Source: Azolla caroliniana
Lineage: Eukaryota; Plantae; Polypodiophyta
Assembly: GCA_043228905.1 (NCBI GenBank)
Contig: JBHGNT010000005.1
Coordinates: 20,894,001-20,958,000, forward strand
Direction: 5' to 3'
DNA: 64,000 bases
A program made the position numbers and the translations under genes. A model generated the notes under the pieces. The model was not told where the DNA came from. It worked only from the letters and a program-made list of their open reading frames with translations, and did no database searches. Below, piece by piece: positions 39,065 to 53,600 of this stretch; position 1 is the stretch's first letter; each line of letters begins with the position of its first letter.

Positions 39065-42000
39065 GTGCTACCAGAAGACCCAGAGTACGACATCATGCCG
39101 TACCCATACCCACGATACACCGACGGACCAGACGCGGAGTCACACATTCGTACCTTCATATCCACGTGGCAGGCCAACCACTCAACGCACCGCCTCACGC
39201 CGACCGAAATCGATGCCTCAAAGATTGCCGAGTTCACACTCTCCCTCGATGGACCGGCCGCACGATGGTACTCTCACCTCGAAATAGGAGAGGCCACCAC
39301 TTTCCAAATCGTGCGCGCAAAGTTCCTTGAACTTTTTCATCACGAGGTGCCTAAACGGGAACTGCTCCGACAATTCTTCTCTATATGCCAGGAACCGCAC
39401 GAAACGGTCGCGCAGTTCACGATCCGGTTCCAGGATCTCTACAGACAAGTGGCCGATGATGTCTTGGCACAATATATACCGGACACTTTCCTGTCTAGTT
39501 TACGAGAGCCTCTCCGAACGACTCTCGCACTTACAAATTTCGCCAACCATACTATCAAACAAGTCATCGCCCTCGATCGGACCTTGCATGATGCGGCCTT
39601 CTCGATGACATCCTTACAAAACGCTCTTCCCCAAGAGGACAATCGCTTTTGCCAAGCTCTCCAATGCACGGCGTGTTCAGGATCAGGGCACCTGGCCCTC
39701 AAATGTCCCCACCGACCATAGTGTCCGATCTGTCAGTCTCGAGCTCACACTGTCGAGCAGTGCGAATATAATATGCTGAACCGCACAACGGCGGCACCGG
39801 TCCGCCAGATCGAGCCACGAAATACATACTCTCGGCAGGACGAGCGATATGTCTACCGAGACCAGGATAACGACCGACCGCAATCCTCGGATCGACGGCG
39901 CCGAGACGTCGACTACCGACGTGATGACCGCCGTGATCACTATCACGATGACTGGCATGATGATTATGCTCGATATGATGACGATCGCGATGACCAGTAT
40001 GACTGACGGAACTCACGCATTGATCGACGAAACGGCAACCGCAACACACGCAACAATAGAAGACCTAACGACAACCGCCGACGGGACGCTCCTCAAAATG
40101 ACAAGCGCAACTCCAACGCACCTCGGAACAACCCACCACCAAACGAGACTGAGACTCAACAACAACAACTTCCACACACAGACCGAGCGGACACCAGCAA
40201 CTCGGCCAACGTTACATGTTTTAAATGTAACCAACCAGGCCACTACGCCACGCAATGTCCAACAACCAATCGTGGCAAGGCACCCGCGGTGAATAGTATC
40301 ATGGCCGATGTTCAAACTGTCACTACCCGGAGTAAAGCGCAGACTACTCAGTGGCAAATCCAGGATGAAGTCCGTCAGGCAGCAAAAGAATGGATCGACA
40401 CGGCCAATAAAAATAATGCCGTGCGCATGCAAACTGACATGAGAGACGGGCCTAGTGAAGCACCACAAAACTCGGTTCCATCCATGTCGTCGGAGGACGA
40501 CCAACTATGGGATGTTCTTACCAACTCCCGCATCTCGCTATCCCTACATAAGCTGTTACCACTCATACCGAGATTTCGGGACACCCTGGCGGCACTCCAG
40601 GCCAATACTAAGCCCGTGACGCCACCGGTACACCTCACCGAAGCAAGAACCGGTCCACCACTCATGGATTCTCAGAACCCAGCCGTGCGAATCATCATTA
40701 AGGGACAAGACCTGCACGGATGCATCATCGACGGCGGATCCGACGTAAACGTTATTAGCGAGTCAACGTGTCACAACCTCGGCCTGAATCAATGGGAACC
40801 ATGCCCCTTTTGGCTTCGGATGGCTGACACCCGCTCCGTTCGCCCCATTGGTTTAATCCGCCATCTCGACTTCGCACTCGGAGGCCACATGTTCATGATC
40901 TCGGCCGTCGTGCTAAGACTAGAGACACAAGGCGCCTACCCAATGTTACTAGGTCGACCATGGTTGCGTACAATGAATATCAAGCAAAATTGGCAACGCA
41001 ACATGATCTCGTTCCGAAGAGGCAAGACAAAAGTCCGAATTATCACTGAAGAACGAGTCCCCATCGCCCTCAACACTTCATCGTTATACGCGGAAGGGGT
41101 CCATATGCTTGACGGTTTGGCCGATGAGGAGGTTGATGACTTCCTAGATGATCATCCCACGATCATCCCTCTCTTCGAAATCAATGCCTTACCAACCATC
41201 GAGCCACCTAAAGACGAGGAAGTCACGGAGGAATCACCGCCCCAAGATGAACTAGATCCAACCACAGTTACCGAGCTACGCCATGCTCGGGAGGCTTTCG
41301 AACGCGAACTCGCCATTTCACAATGAGTCAAAGCATCAACCCTGGAAACAATAAACCTCGGCTTGGACGAGAATCCCCGTACGTTACAAATTGCCAATAA
41401 TCTACCAACCGGAGAACGGGCATGCCTCGTACGATTGCTCACCGACTACCAGGATGTTTTTGCTTGGTCTTACACCGATATGAAGGGGCTGGATCCTCAA
41501 TACTACCAACATCAAATTCACATCTTACTCGACACTCGGCCGGTTCAACAGAGGCGCTACAGGATGAACCCCAACTACGCCGCTAAAGTCAAAGAGGAAA
41601 TCGATAAACTACTCCGAGTGGGCTTCATTTGCCCTGTTAAACGGGCCACGTGGTTGAGCCCGATCGTAGTGGTCCCAAAGAAGAACGGAAAAATCCGCGT
41701 CTGCGTCGACTATCGGAAGCTTAACGCGGCAACAGTCATCGACGGTTTCCCTCTCCCATTCACGGACAACGTCCTCGACACGGTAGCCGGCCACAAATGC
41801 TACAGTTTCCTCGACGGGTTCAGCGGCTATAACCAGATAAGAATGCACCCGGAGGATAAGGAGAAAACCGCTTTCTTCACGGAATGGGGTGTTTTTGTAG
41901 TAGAAGTAATGATGTTCGGTCTAAAAACGACGCCGACTACGTTCCAGTGCATCATCACCGAAATCTTTCATGACTACATCCCGACGTTCATGCAAGTCTT

Positions 42001-44112
42001 TCTCGATGATTTCGCCGTGTATGGCCATCGACGGGAACACATGACCCAATTACGACTCTGCCTGGACCCATGTCGCCAAGCTCGATTGAGCTTAAACCCG
42101 GCGAAATACGCGTTCTTAGTCACCAGCGGTAACCTTCTCGGCCACATTGTCAGTCAAGAAGGCATCGCTATGGACCCGGATAAAGTAAAGGCAATCCTGA
42201 CCGCCACCGCACCCTCGAACGCTAAGGCACTAAGCCGATTTTTGGGACAGATCCGGTGGCACAGCCGAATGATACGACACCTGGCCGATTTCGCGACACC
42301 TTTACACGCGGCAGTCCATCGCCTTCCCTTCCAATGGACGTCAATCGAGGACACGGCCTATCAGCCCCTGAAACTAATGCTATCACATGCCCCGGTGGTC
42401 CAGTCTCCGGTTTGGTCCGAACCGTTTCATGTCTTCGTAGATGCTTCGGACATCGCCATCGGAAGTGCCCTGATGCAATGCACACCCCCGAATCGGTATA
42501 GGCCCGTGTCCTACGGCAGCCGACGGCTCTCGACCGCGGAAAAGAATTACTCCACCACCGAGCGGGAGACCCTCGGTATGATTTATAGCATCAATAAATT
42601 CCGGCATTACCTCTTGGGCCGGATATTTACTTTTCACGTGGATCACTCGGCCCTTCTTTATTTGGTCAATAAACAAGCCCTCACCGGACGGTTGGCTCAG
42701 TGGATGCTCCTACTCCAAGAGTTTGATTTCCAGATTCAACATTGACCCGGGGTACAACATGCCGTCGCCGACTACTTGAGCCGTCTTGAGTCAAGGGAAC
42801 CGGCAAAAACAACGTACGACGAGCTACCGGACGCCAACCTATTTAACCTGACCATGATACCAGATGATAACGAAGATGAATGGATCACGGAGATGACCCA
42901 TTTTCTCACTATCAGTTTACCTCCCGAGCACATGCCCCTTGACACGAGAAAACGCCTAGCAGTGCGAAGCCGGAATTTTTGCCTCGTCTCGGACATTCTC
43001 TACCACAAAGGCTCGGACAACATATGACGCCGAGAGATTCGACAATTCGAGAAGAACGCCGTTCTTCAGGAGGCCCACCAGGGAGCAGTTGGGGGGCACT
43101 ATGCCGGGGATTCCACGACAAGGAAAGTTTGGCAAAGCGGATTGTGGTGGCCGACAACAAAGAGAGACGCTCACGAGTTTTGCCGGCAGTGTGATTTGTG
43201 CCAACGACTGGGGCAACCAATGGAACAATCACACATGCCACACCAACCGATTCTTCCGTTGGACCCATTTCAAAAATGGGGTTTGGATTTTGTAGGCCCT
43301 TTCAAACCACCCGCGGCCCATACAGGGAATAGGTATATTATCGTTGCCACGGATTATTGCACCAAATGGGTCGAGGCTAAGGCAGTACGAGACAACACGG
43401 CGGCATTCACGGCTAAATTCGTGTACGAGCACCTTTGGTGCCGTTTACGAATGCCCAATTGAGCTCGTTAGTGACCAAGGTGGGCACTTCATCAATCATA
43501 TAATATGTGAGCTTACACACCACTACGCGGTGGCGCACAAGAAAAGCACACCATACTACCCGCAGGCGAACGACTTGGCGGAATCGACCAATAAAATCCT
43601 CCAAACCATATTGAAGAAGATCGTCAATGAAAACAAGACCGATTGGGATGACAAACTCCAGAGCGCGCTGTGGGCGTATCGTATGACTTTCAAAACAAGC
43701 ATCCAATCAACCCCCTTTCGAATGGGGTTCGGGTTAGAAGCCGTAATGCCCGTCGAGTTCCAAGTCTCGAGCCTCCGAGTTCAAATCAAAGCACGGCTCC
43801 CCGAGGCCCAATCTGAGCAATACCGGCTGGAACAACTCCTCGAACTCAGCGAAGATAGGATAGAGAGTATGGCTCAGCTCGAACAACGGCAATGATAACG
43901 CAAGGCTTTCGTGGATCGACATCGAAACGGGCTGGAAAAGGAGCTCACCATCGGCAAACCGGTTCTTCTTTTTCAAACACGACTTGGGTCTATGCTGGGA
44001 AAATTAAGATTTCGGTGGACCGGTCCATTCTGGATTATCGACGAGTTCAACGGGACGTTCCAGCTCGGCACACTGTAAACGTAAGTGTTTGCGGAAGCGT
44101 AAAACAGAGAAC

Positions 44113-44157
<45 letters not shown>

Positions 44158-47100
44158 CGAGAGAGAGAGAGAGAGAGCAGAACACACTTTCAAAATTATA
44201 TCAAGACTGCTTTTATACACTGTGCTAAGTAGCACTATTTATACAAGTCCTCTTGGGACTGACAGAAGTACCATGTACTTCAATGCTCACACGAGCATCA
44301 GACAGTTACTACGAGACTATAGCTACTTAGTAGTCTATCCTGTACTAGGCTTCCGATTGGACTGCCGGTTACGGATTGCACCCGGCCTCCACTGCTTGCC
44401 GGTTTGGTTGCTCACCGTCATACCGATCCGTTTCGCTCGATCCGTCTCGCTCACCGGCTCCAGCTTATTCAGCCGATCCGGCTCCTGTTGAGCTTGCCGC
44501 TCAACACTCCCCCTCAAGCTCAACCTGAGGTGGGGTCGTAGTGTCGACCTCTGTGGCAGTCGGTTCTTCCAACCGACTTCTCCTGGCGTCACTCCGCCTT
44601 GCTCGCGCTCCTCGTCCGGTCCGGTCCCGTTTGCCGCGACCCCTTTGGTTCTGCGCGCCTCGACCCTCTCGGTCGGCATGTCTGCTCAATAGGCCCATCT
44701 CAGTAGTCACGTTGCTGTGACTCCGGCGCTTGCCGATCCGTCGGTTCTCCCACGATGGCATCGACTTCCGCTGTGTCCGTGTCCCCTTGGCCTTCAGTCG
44801 ATCCGTCTCATCCGGATCCATCTGTTGATCCGAGTCAGCTGTCTCCGACTCGTTCCAGCTCTTGTCTGAATCGGTACACTCCGATTCGACTTCCGGCGTC
44901 AGGCCTCTCACTACATCGGACCACTTCCGAGTCCTGGCCTTCTCCATGCTTCCCTCGGCTTCTTCAGCCGGTGAACCGAAATTGAATTCTTCATTCGACT
45001 CTGTATCATGGTCAGTACCGTCGTGATGACCTCCGCACAACATGCGCTTCTCTTCTTGAGTGCACAACTCTTCTTCACAGCCGCTTGCTCCGACCTGTTC
45101 GGATGTGTCGACTTCCTTCGTCGACTCGACTTCCTTCAGCTTCTTGTCTCCTTTTCTTCTGGCTCTCCTCTTACCGACGGGTTCAACAGGTTTTTGGCCT
45201 TTGCCCGTTTCGGTAGAGACTTTGCCCTTGCTTCTCCCCCTCAAGTGCGGCACATCGAGATGCTGAATACCAAGCATGTCGGTAAAGTGCTGCAACTTGT
45301 CCGATCCGAGCGGCTTGGTGAAGATGTCGGCAACTTGCTGATCCGTATGAACATACCGTAGGTCAACTTCACCGTTCAGGACCCGCTCACGCACGAAGTG
45401 GTAGTGCACCTCGATGTGCTACACAGGGTTCCTGGCGAGCTGCAGGCTGCTCATGTTATCGCAGTAAATCGGGATCGGGGTCGGTACCTCGATCCACATG
45501 TCTCGCAGTAGTTGCCGAAGCCAGATGGCTTCACAGGTGGCAACGGTAGCGGCCCGGTACTCAGCCTCAGTGCTTGACAAAGCCACTGTGGGCTGCTTCT
45601 TGCTGCTCCACGCAACGACCGCGCTACCTATGGAGAACATGTATCCAGAAGTGGAGCGGCGATCAGACGCATCGCCGGCCCAGTCAGCATCTGTGTAACC
45701 GACAAGCTCTTCGGGTATACCTTGCCGGTATAGCAATCCCCGGTCCTTAGTGCCGCTAACATACTGTAATATTCGTTGCGCGCACTGAAGGTGCTCCATG
45801 GTCGGCTTCTGCATGAACTAGCTTACCATACCGACCGGATAGCTGATGTCGGGTCGGGTGATGGTTAAGTAGATCAGGCTTCCGACAACCTGTCGGAACC
45901 GTTTCTCATTGCAGGCCAGTCCGGAGTTGGGACGGAGCTTCTGGTTCCGGTCCAGGGGTGTGGAGACAGGTCGGCAATCCGTCATGCCGAACTTATACAA
46001 CATATTCAACACGTAATGTCGTTGTGAGAGCAATATGCCGTCGGGGGTCCGGATCACTTCGATCCCAAGAAAATAATGAAGGTCCCCCAGGTCCTTCATT
46101 TCGAATGCGTCCGACAACTGGGACTTGACGCGGTTGATTTCGGGAAGACCTGGTCTGGTGATGACTAAATCATCCACATACAAGAGTATACATACCGGAC
46201 CGTCAGAGCCTTGCCGGATGAACAACGAAGAGTCCGACTTAGAGACAGCAAACCCCAGCTTACGCAACCGGTGCGTGATCTTCACGTTCCAAGCTCGGGG
46301 GGCTTGGTTCAAGCCGTAAAGCGACTTCTTCAGTCGGCATACTGCCGATTTGTTCATCTCCGATTGAAATCCAGGGGGCTGAGTCATAAAAACTTCTTCT
46401 TCAAGCTCTCCTTGAAGGAAGGCGTTCTTCACATCCATCTGGTGAAGATGCCACCCCCTTGTCGCAACAACCGCCAGTACCACACGAACCGTCGTCATCT
46501 TCGCCACAGGAGCGAAGGTCTCGTCGTAGTCGATTCCGTGGGTCTGTGCGTATCCCTTCGCCACTAACCGGGCTTTGTACCGGTTAACAGAACCGTCGGT
46601 GTTGTACTTGACCTTGTACACCCACTTGCATCCGATCGGTTTCCAGTGACGGGGAGGATCAACTAGGTCCCAAGTTTTGTTGGCATCGAGTGCCCGCATT
46701 TCTTCGTCCATAGCGGCACGCCAATTTGCGTCCCTTGCCGCTTCTGCCTAGCTCTCCGGCTCACCCACTTCTGTCACCTTAGTCATGTACGCATAATGAT
46801 GAGCCATGTATTCATTGTACCCGTACCGTACGACGGGATCCTTTTGACAGGTTGATCGGCGCAACGCATCGTCACCTGATTTGAGGCCCTTCTTGGCCAA
46901 TTCGGTCTTCGTTGCCGAAGATCTGCCTTTCTCCTTTCCGGAGTCGGATACGCACCGATCCGACTCATCGTTGCCGGTTTCGAATTCCGGCATCTTCCTC
47001 TTCCCCTTCTCTTTGCGCGTGAACCGTTTCCTCGGTTCCTTGCGCGGGGAGAGCACGGTAGAGTCTCCACCACTTGCCGTCTCTTCATCCGACTGGTCCA

Positions 47101-49634
47101 ATCGACTCAGTCGCTCGTTCGGTCCACTCAACCGAAACGATTCCGGACTCTCATCTTGAGTCCCGGCTTCATCATCCTCTGCCAGGGCTGATTCAGGCTC
47201 ACTGGCCTGATCTTCCGGCATTGGGTCGGGATCGGAAGTCGGAGTCGGTACGGAGTACCAGGATGCCGATTCGTCGAACTCGACATCCGGCTAACTCGGA
47301 CTTCCTTCGTCCGGGGGTTATAGCACTTATACCCCTTTTGCTCTTGAGCATAGCCGACTAGGATGCATTTTTCCGATTTTGCATCCAGCTTTCTCCACTT
47401 CTGACCCGGTACATGCACATACGCTATGCTGCCGAATATCCGAAGGTGTCTTAAGTTCGGCTTGTGCCCAATGCGGTTTTGTATGTAGACGGCCGTCTGG
47501 ACCGCCTCCGCCCAGTAGAACCGGGGCATGCTCTTCTCCTCCAGCATTGCCCTTGCCGCTTCGACGAGTGTCCGGTTCTTCCTTTCGGCCACACCGTTTT
47601 GCTCCGGTGTGTATCTGCAGCTGAACTCTCACCGAATTCCCTTCTGTTGCAGATAACTAGTGAATTGGCCGGAAAAATATTCCTTTCCGCCATCCGACCG
47701 AAGGCATTTGATCTTCCTCTCCGATTCCCGTTCCACCATCTTCTGAAGGCTCCGGAAACAGTCGAAGACTTCACTCTTCCGCTCAATGAGGTAGATCGAA
47801 GTATGTCGAGTATAATCGTCGATGAAGGAGACGAAGTATCGGCTCCCGCCAAGGCTTACACTTTGTGCCGGTCCCCACACATCCGAATGGATGAGATCGA
47901 GCTTGTTACGGCTCTGGTTCCGTTCGGTGGGGAATGGAAGCCGGTGTTGCTTCCCAAGTTGGCAGGCTTCACAAATTTCGGCTCTCTGGCCGCTGAACTT
48001 CGGCAAACCGAAAATGACTTGTTTCGTTTGCAGGTCTTGAAGCCTCCGGTAGTTGACGTGGCCTATCCGCTTGTGCCACAGGTCGATGTCCGACTCGACC
48101 TTCTGTCGTTTCGCGAACAGAGCGGTGCCAAAGTCATTGGTGTTGAGCATAAACATCCTCCCGTCTCTGCGCCCTTGTGCAATGACTTCGCCCTCATCCT
48201 CAATGAAGCACCCGAGGTGTGTAAACCGCACCTGCATCCCCTGGTCGACAATCTGACCGACGGACACTAGGTTCTTCGTGATTGTCGGAACGTGTAATAC
48301 GTTCATCAGCTTCCCTTTCTGTCCGACGTGGCTTAGAGGGACTTCTCAGACGTGCACGATTGGGTGAGGAGTGTCGTCTCCGGTTTCGACTACTCCTGGT
48401 TGATCCGGTTTCTCCAGAAAGGAGAACCACTCTTTGTGGCTCGTCATGTGGTTCGACGCGCCGGAATCAACATACCACACTTCCTCCGTTTTGGAAGTGG
48501 TCTTCTTCATTGAGTTTGCCTTGTGATTCATCACCAAGGCTGGCCCCTTACTGGCCTTTCCGGTTCCGGATCCTCCTGATCCGTTTGCGTAGTGTGAGTT
48601 TTGCCGGCCATCCTTATCGGTCTTGCTAGATCCGGATTTGTCCGAATCGGCACGCTTTCTCCAGCACTCGCTTTCCCTGTGGCCTTTTTTGCCACAGTAC
48701 CAGCATTTCGTAGCGGATTTGTCTTGCCGGCCTCCGGCACCGCCTTGACTCCCCCTGCTTGTGGAAGTCCCGGAACTACTGTCAGCACGCTCATAGTGCC
48801 TCCGTTCCTGCTCTTGCCGACCGCCTCTATTGCGTGCCGACCCACCTCTTCCACCACGCCCATGGAGCCGATCCGTTCCCGTGTACAACATTCGGATGTC
48901 CGAGGATGCACTGGTAGATGCACCGGCGTGGTTCTCCTCTACAAGGAGCATCGACTGTAAGTCGAAGAATGAGGGGGTATTCTCCCTTGTACACACCGCA
49001 GTCCGGAACGCTCCGAACTTGGACGCCAGGCCTCCGAGACATACCTGCACCATCTCGTCTTCCTCTACGGTAACATTGATAGAGGCGAGCAAGTCGCAAA
49101 TCTCCTTTATCCGGCCCGTGTAGTCTGCCACGGACATGTTCTTCTATCGAACATTGCTTAACTCCTGTCTGAGTTGCAGCTTCCGGGCAGTGGTGCTTGC
49201 GGCGAAAACCTTTCTCAGGTTCCCCCAAGCATCCTTCGGTGTCTTGGCGTCACGGATGTGGCTGAGCAGCTGATCGCCGACACTGGACGCGAAGCAGTAC
49301 ATCACCCTGCTTGCCGCCTGTTCCCATACCGGGAAGTCCTTGTGTGCCGAGTCTGGCGCCGCATCATTCACTCCTTCGACATAACTCTAGTACCCGTGTC
49401 CAAGCAGGTACTGGTGCATCTTGTAAGACCAGGATGCCTAGTTGCTCCTGTCGAGCTTCTCCACCGGGAGCGACGTAGCCATGCCTCTATCCATGTCTTC
49501 TACTGTGTGTGTTTTCGACCTGTTAGGGTTTTCTTCTCAAGAGTAAATGTCTGCAGGAGAGGTTCTCAACCCTCGCGCTCTGATACCATGTAAACGTAAG
49601 TGTTTGCGGAAGCGTAAAATAGAGAACAACACAG

Positions 49635-49670
<36 letters not shown>

Positions 49671-50140
49671 AGAGAGAGAGAGAGCAGAACACACTTTCAA
49701 AATTATATCAAGACTGCTTTTATACACTGTGCTAAGTAGCACTATTTATACAAGTCCTCTTGGGACTGACAGAAGTACCATGTACTTCAATGCTCACACG
49801 AGCATCAGACACTTACTACAAGACTATAGCTACTTAGTAGTCTATCTTGTACTAGGCTTCCGATTGGACTGCCGGTTACGGATTGCACCCGGCCTCCACT
49901 GCTTGCCGGTTTGGTTGCTCACCGTCATACCGATCCGTTTCGCTCGATCCGTCTCGCTCACCGGCTCCGGCTTATTCAGCCGATCCGGCTCCGGTTGAGC
50001 TTACCGCTCAACACACACTCGCCGACGACACTGTCAAAAGCTGGGCCAATGGTTTCCGACTTCGACCATATCGAGGCACTACACCACCCAACCCGTTTCG
50101 GGAAACCACCACGGAGGAGGCCACGTGTCCCCCTGAATAA
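39065..50140 (+). pseudogene. Gypsy D gag-pol, interrupted by Copia E
   Basis: One frame from 39065 to ~43445 with in-frame stops. Three CCHC knuckles, IIDGGS protease, VCVDYRKLN and VFLDD RT, FVDAS..ERE RNase H, H..H..C..C and WGLDFVGP integrase. GPF motif near 44020, resuming at 50019 to TAA 50140. Confidence 0.92.
44074..50013 (-). mobile_element. Copia LTR retrotransposon E (same family as B), inserted in the integrase of D
   Basis: LTRs 44074-44506 and 49589-50013 with (AG)n; TSD CACAC (44069-73 / 50014-18); PBS at 49577-88; PPT at 44507-17. gag-pol 49494-44501 with several stops and frameshifts. Confidence 0.95.
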
Positions 50141-50655
50141 GGACACACCCACCTTCTTGAAATTAATAAAGTAGGTAGGATTAAGCATAGTTTAGCCACC
50201 GATTAGCTACACCTACACCACCCACCTAGGCACCCACAAATTTAGGAGCACCCCTCGCCACCACTCATTTAGTACCTATTTAAGCACATGCAAACCACTA
50301 GAAGCACCCCACTCATATTCAGGACACGTGGTGCTAGTCACTTATTATGGCACCCACGACTCAGAATCTTCAAGATTCGCTTCGGGCACAAAACCCTAGG
50401 AGTAAGTTACTAAAACCATTTTCAAAACGCAACACAAACACAGAAGTTCATTATCACTCCCAATCTCCATCGCTCTCAAGCTCAGAAACCCCGTCTCGCT
50501 CTCATCGCTCTAAACGCTCTTGCTCTCAAGCCCTCTTTCGCTCTCATAGCCCCTCTGCTGAACTTCCCCTTCCTGCTGTTCCTCCTCTGTCTCGCCCTCG
50601 CCTCATCACTCTTCTTCACTCTTCCACACAGTCAAACCCCATCTCCATCTTCACC

Positions 50656-53600
50656 ATGCCTCTTACCGCTTCAACAGAAACCCACGCCTGGTTCCAGGAA
50701 CGAGGAATGGGCGGTTACCTGAAGATCATCGATGCCCCCGCGCACCCAGATGCCCAAGGTGTGGCTAAACGTATTTGTCCCGAAGCCATCACCAACAACG
50801 TGCTTCGGGCTGTTTTGGACCTGCAACGGGGAGGGGACCATGAGGTCGACATACCCCCGGCATCGAAGATAAAAGAGTACTTCGGCGAGTACTCAGCCTC
50901 AGGGAAGGCATATCGCACGTATGGCGGTCCCAACAGAGCTTTCAGGGAGATTGCTCGTATATTGATGGAGTATGCGTTCGTGCATACGAACTCGACGAGC
51001 ATGCCGTAGAACAAGTCAACCATCATCATCAGCGCGTATGAAGGAAACAAAGTCGATTGGGGAATCATCACAGGCGAAGGACTCCGCGCCGCCTTAGCCT
51101 CATTCCAGTCCGGTAAGAAGATGTTGTCTGTTCTTACCCACTTTTTGATGGTTCTATACCCACCCTCTTCTCTTCCTTCCCCTCGCACACTCACGTCCCC
51201 ACCACCACCACGAAGGCAGAGAGAGAAATTCGTTGCCATCAGCCACGAAGCATGGGAGGAGCCCACATCGCCTTCACCTCTTGCCGCCGACCAAAACCCC
51301 GTATTTGCACCACCACCCAACCAACCCCAACAAAAAAGGGCAGTTTCCGAGACCTGCCAAGAATGGGAGGAGGAGATAGCCGCGGAGGACAACACGTCAG
51401 ATGATGTCACCATTCGACAGCCAACATCGCGCCCCTCGTTAACTTCCCCAGGGCCTAGCCCACGCCCCAACACATAGCAGGCAGCACCACCACTACCCTA
51501 GAAAAGGAAGCAGATGGAGGAAACGACACTACCGGCCCCGGAACCCCAAACACAGCCGAGCAAGAGAAGACAACTCAACCGCGAGTCCTCGGCAGAATAG
51601 AAAGAGCCACAACAGGAGCAAGCCTTAGTTATCAGCCAGAGCAACCTAGCCATCATCCCTGAGGGGGCATCGCTGAACCAGGGAAAGATCGAGCATGGGC
51701 AGACAACGCAGATCTCGGAGGATGAAGTCCTCGGGTATAAAGACCTCCCTGCGGAGGCTTACGAATTTAGTGCGCTCCTACGCCTCGGTACGACATTCGA
51801 GTTGGTCGACTTTCTCGCCAGAGCCCAAGTCGCGGCAGCCGCTCGAATGGCGGAAGAGCACGCCGAAACAAAAATGATTCAACGCGTGCTATTAGGTGAA
51901 ATTGAGCCCCAAGACGACAGGGCTTTACAAAAAATAGGGAGAAAGAAGCAGGCAAAACAGGCCGCTCTCCTCATGGAGGTCCCCGAGTTGAACACGGCCC
52001 TTATCGAGGCAGATAGGGACCTAGATCGCACTACGCGGGCAGCCAAAGACATGGCCCGAAAGATAAAAATAGCCCAAAAACAGGCTAAGATGGCTACGGA
52101 ATTATGGCACGCTGCGAAACAGAAGCTGGCAGCCTGGGAGCAAAACCGGCCGGAACAACAACTCTTGAGCCTTCCGGCCACGACCACCGAGGCCCTCCCA
52201 GCCCCTCCACGCATAACAATGATAGATGAAAGCACCGTCACAGATTCAATCCTGACGATTCAGGCCAGCACACAAACGGACTCGTTACAAATGGTTGATG
52301 CCTGCACAACAACCGAGGCGGCCACGCCCATGGAGAAGACCGAGATACCACCCCCTCGTCCACCCAAGGAGGTGGCAATCCAGACAGAACCCCCGCTCCG
52401 GGATTACTGAGCGGAGCTTAAAGAAGAACAATGGCGAACCGTGAGACACGAACAACGACATCAGGAGGCGATGGCTCGCCTAAAAGAAGAAGCTTCCAAG
52501 TAGATGGCCGAGATTAGAGCCCAGGCCGACCAAAGGATACATGAGCAGAACGAAGCACTGGGCCGGGTACAAGCGCAAGCCGCGGGCAAAGAAGCCGAAC
52601 TCAAAAGCAATCTGGTCCTAGACCTATAGGCCGCGCTCAACAATGCGAAAGACTAGAACCACTGGCAGGAGGAAAGAAATTGCCAACGGGAGGAGAGAAT
52701 GATCGCGGAGAATGCCGAGCTGCAGAGTCAGCGTACGACCCTTAAAGAAATGGCTGATGAGTTTTTCATCAAATGCAAGCTACTTTCGGAGCAAAAAGAC
52801 GAATTATCTGATTCCTACTTCGCCCTACAAGAAGAGAGAATCATCGAACGGGAACAAGTCCGGGCCGCGTGTCAAAAAGAATGGGAGAAAGCTACCGAAG
52901 AACTCACCAAGCATTACGAGCAGTCTATCCAGCTCGTAACCACGGATGCAAAGAACACTCAAGCCACCTATGAACTACTAGCAAAGAAGCTTCAGGCTGA
53001 GGTTGACGACTTAAAACAGGAATTAGCAGCCGTCCGAGCACAACCCGGCATGGATGAGACACGCATCAGAATACAGATCGAGAAACAACGCTAGCACCTC
53101 ACCAAAAAGGTCGAGGAAACACTAAGTCGCGCAGGAGACGAATGGGCAGCCCAAGCTGCCAAATTGCCTATTTTACGCGCCGACGCCGAGAATCGACGGA
53201 AGAAGGGCCGCGGCTTTTACAAAATGGACGAAGCCAACATACAAAACCTGCGTGCAAATTTAACCGAGGATCACCAGTCCTGGGCAAAATCTCACATTGC
53301 GGCAATCGAGCAAATACTGGAGGACTTCAATGACGGTTAGATGCTGTTTCGCCTGGAAGCAGAAGCCTTCGAACGAGAACGACTCACAACCATCCCAACC
53401 AACCCTCCAACGGCCACACATAAGAAGGAAGAACCTTCTAGCGAGGGGATCACAGACACGACACAGGAGCAACTTGCCCTGGCCAACAGACCAACCATGG
53501 ACGCCCACACGGTACCAGATCCAGTCGAAGTAGAGGTCAGCGCCCTCAAACCCACACCCCCACCAGAAGAATCGGCCGCACTGTAGGCGGACGCCCGACA

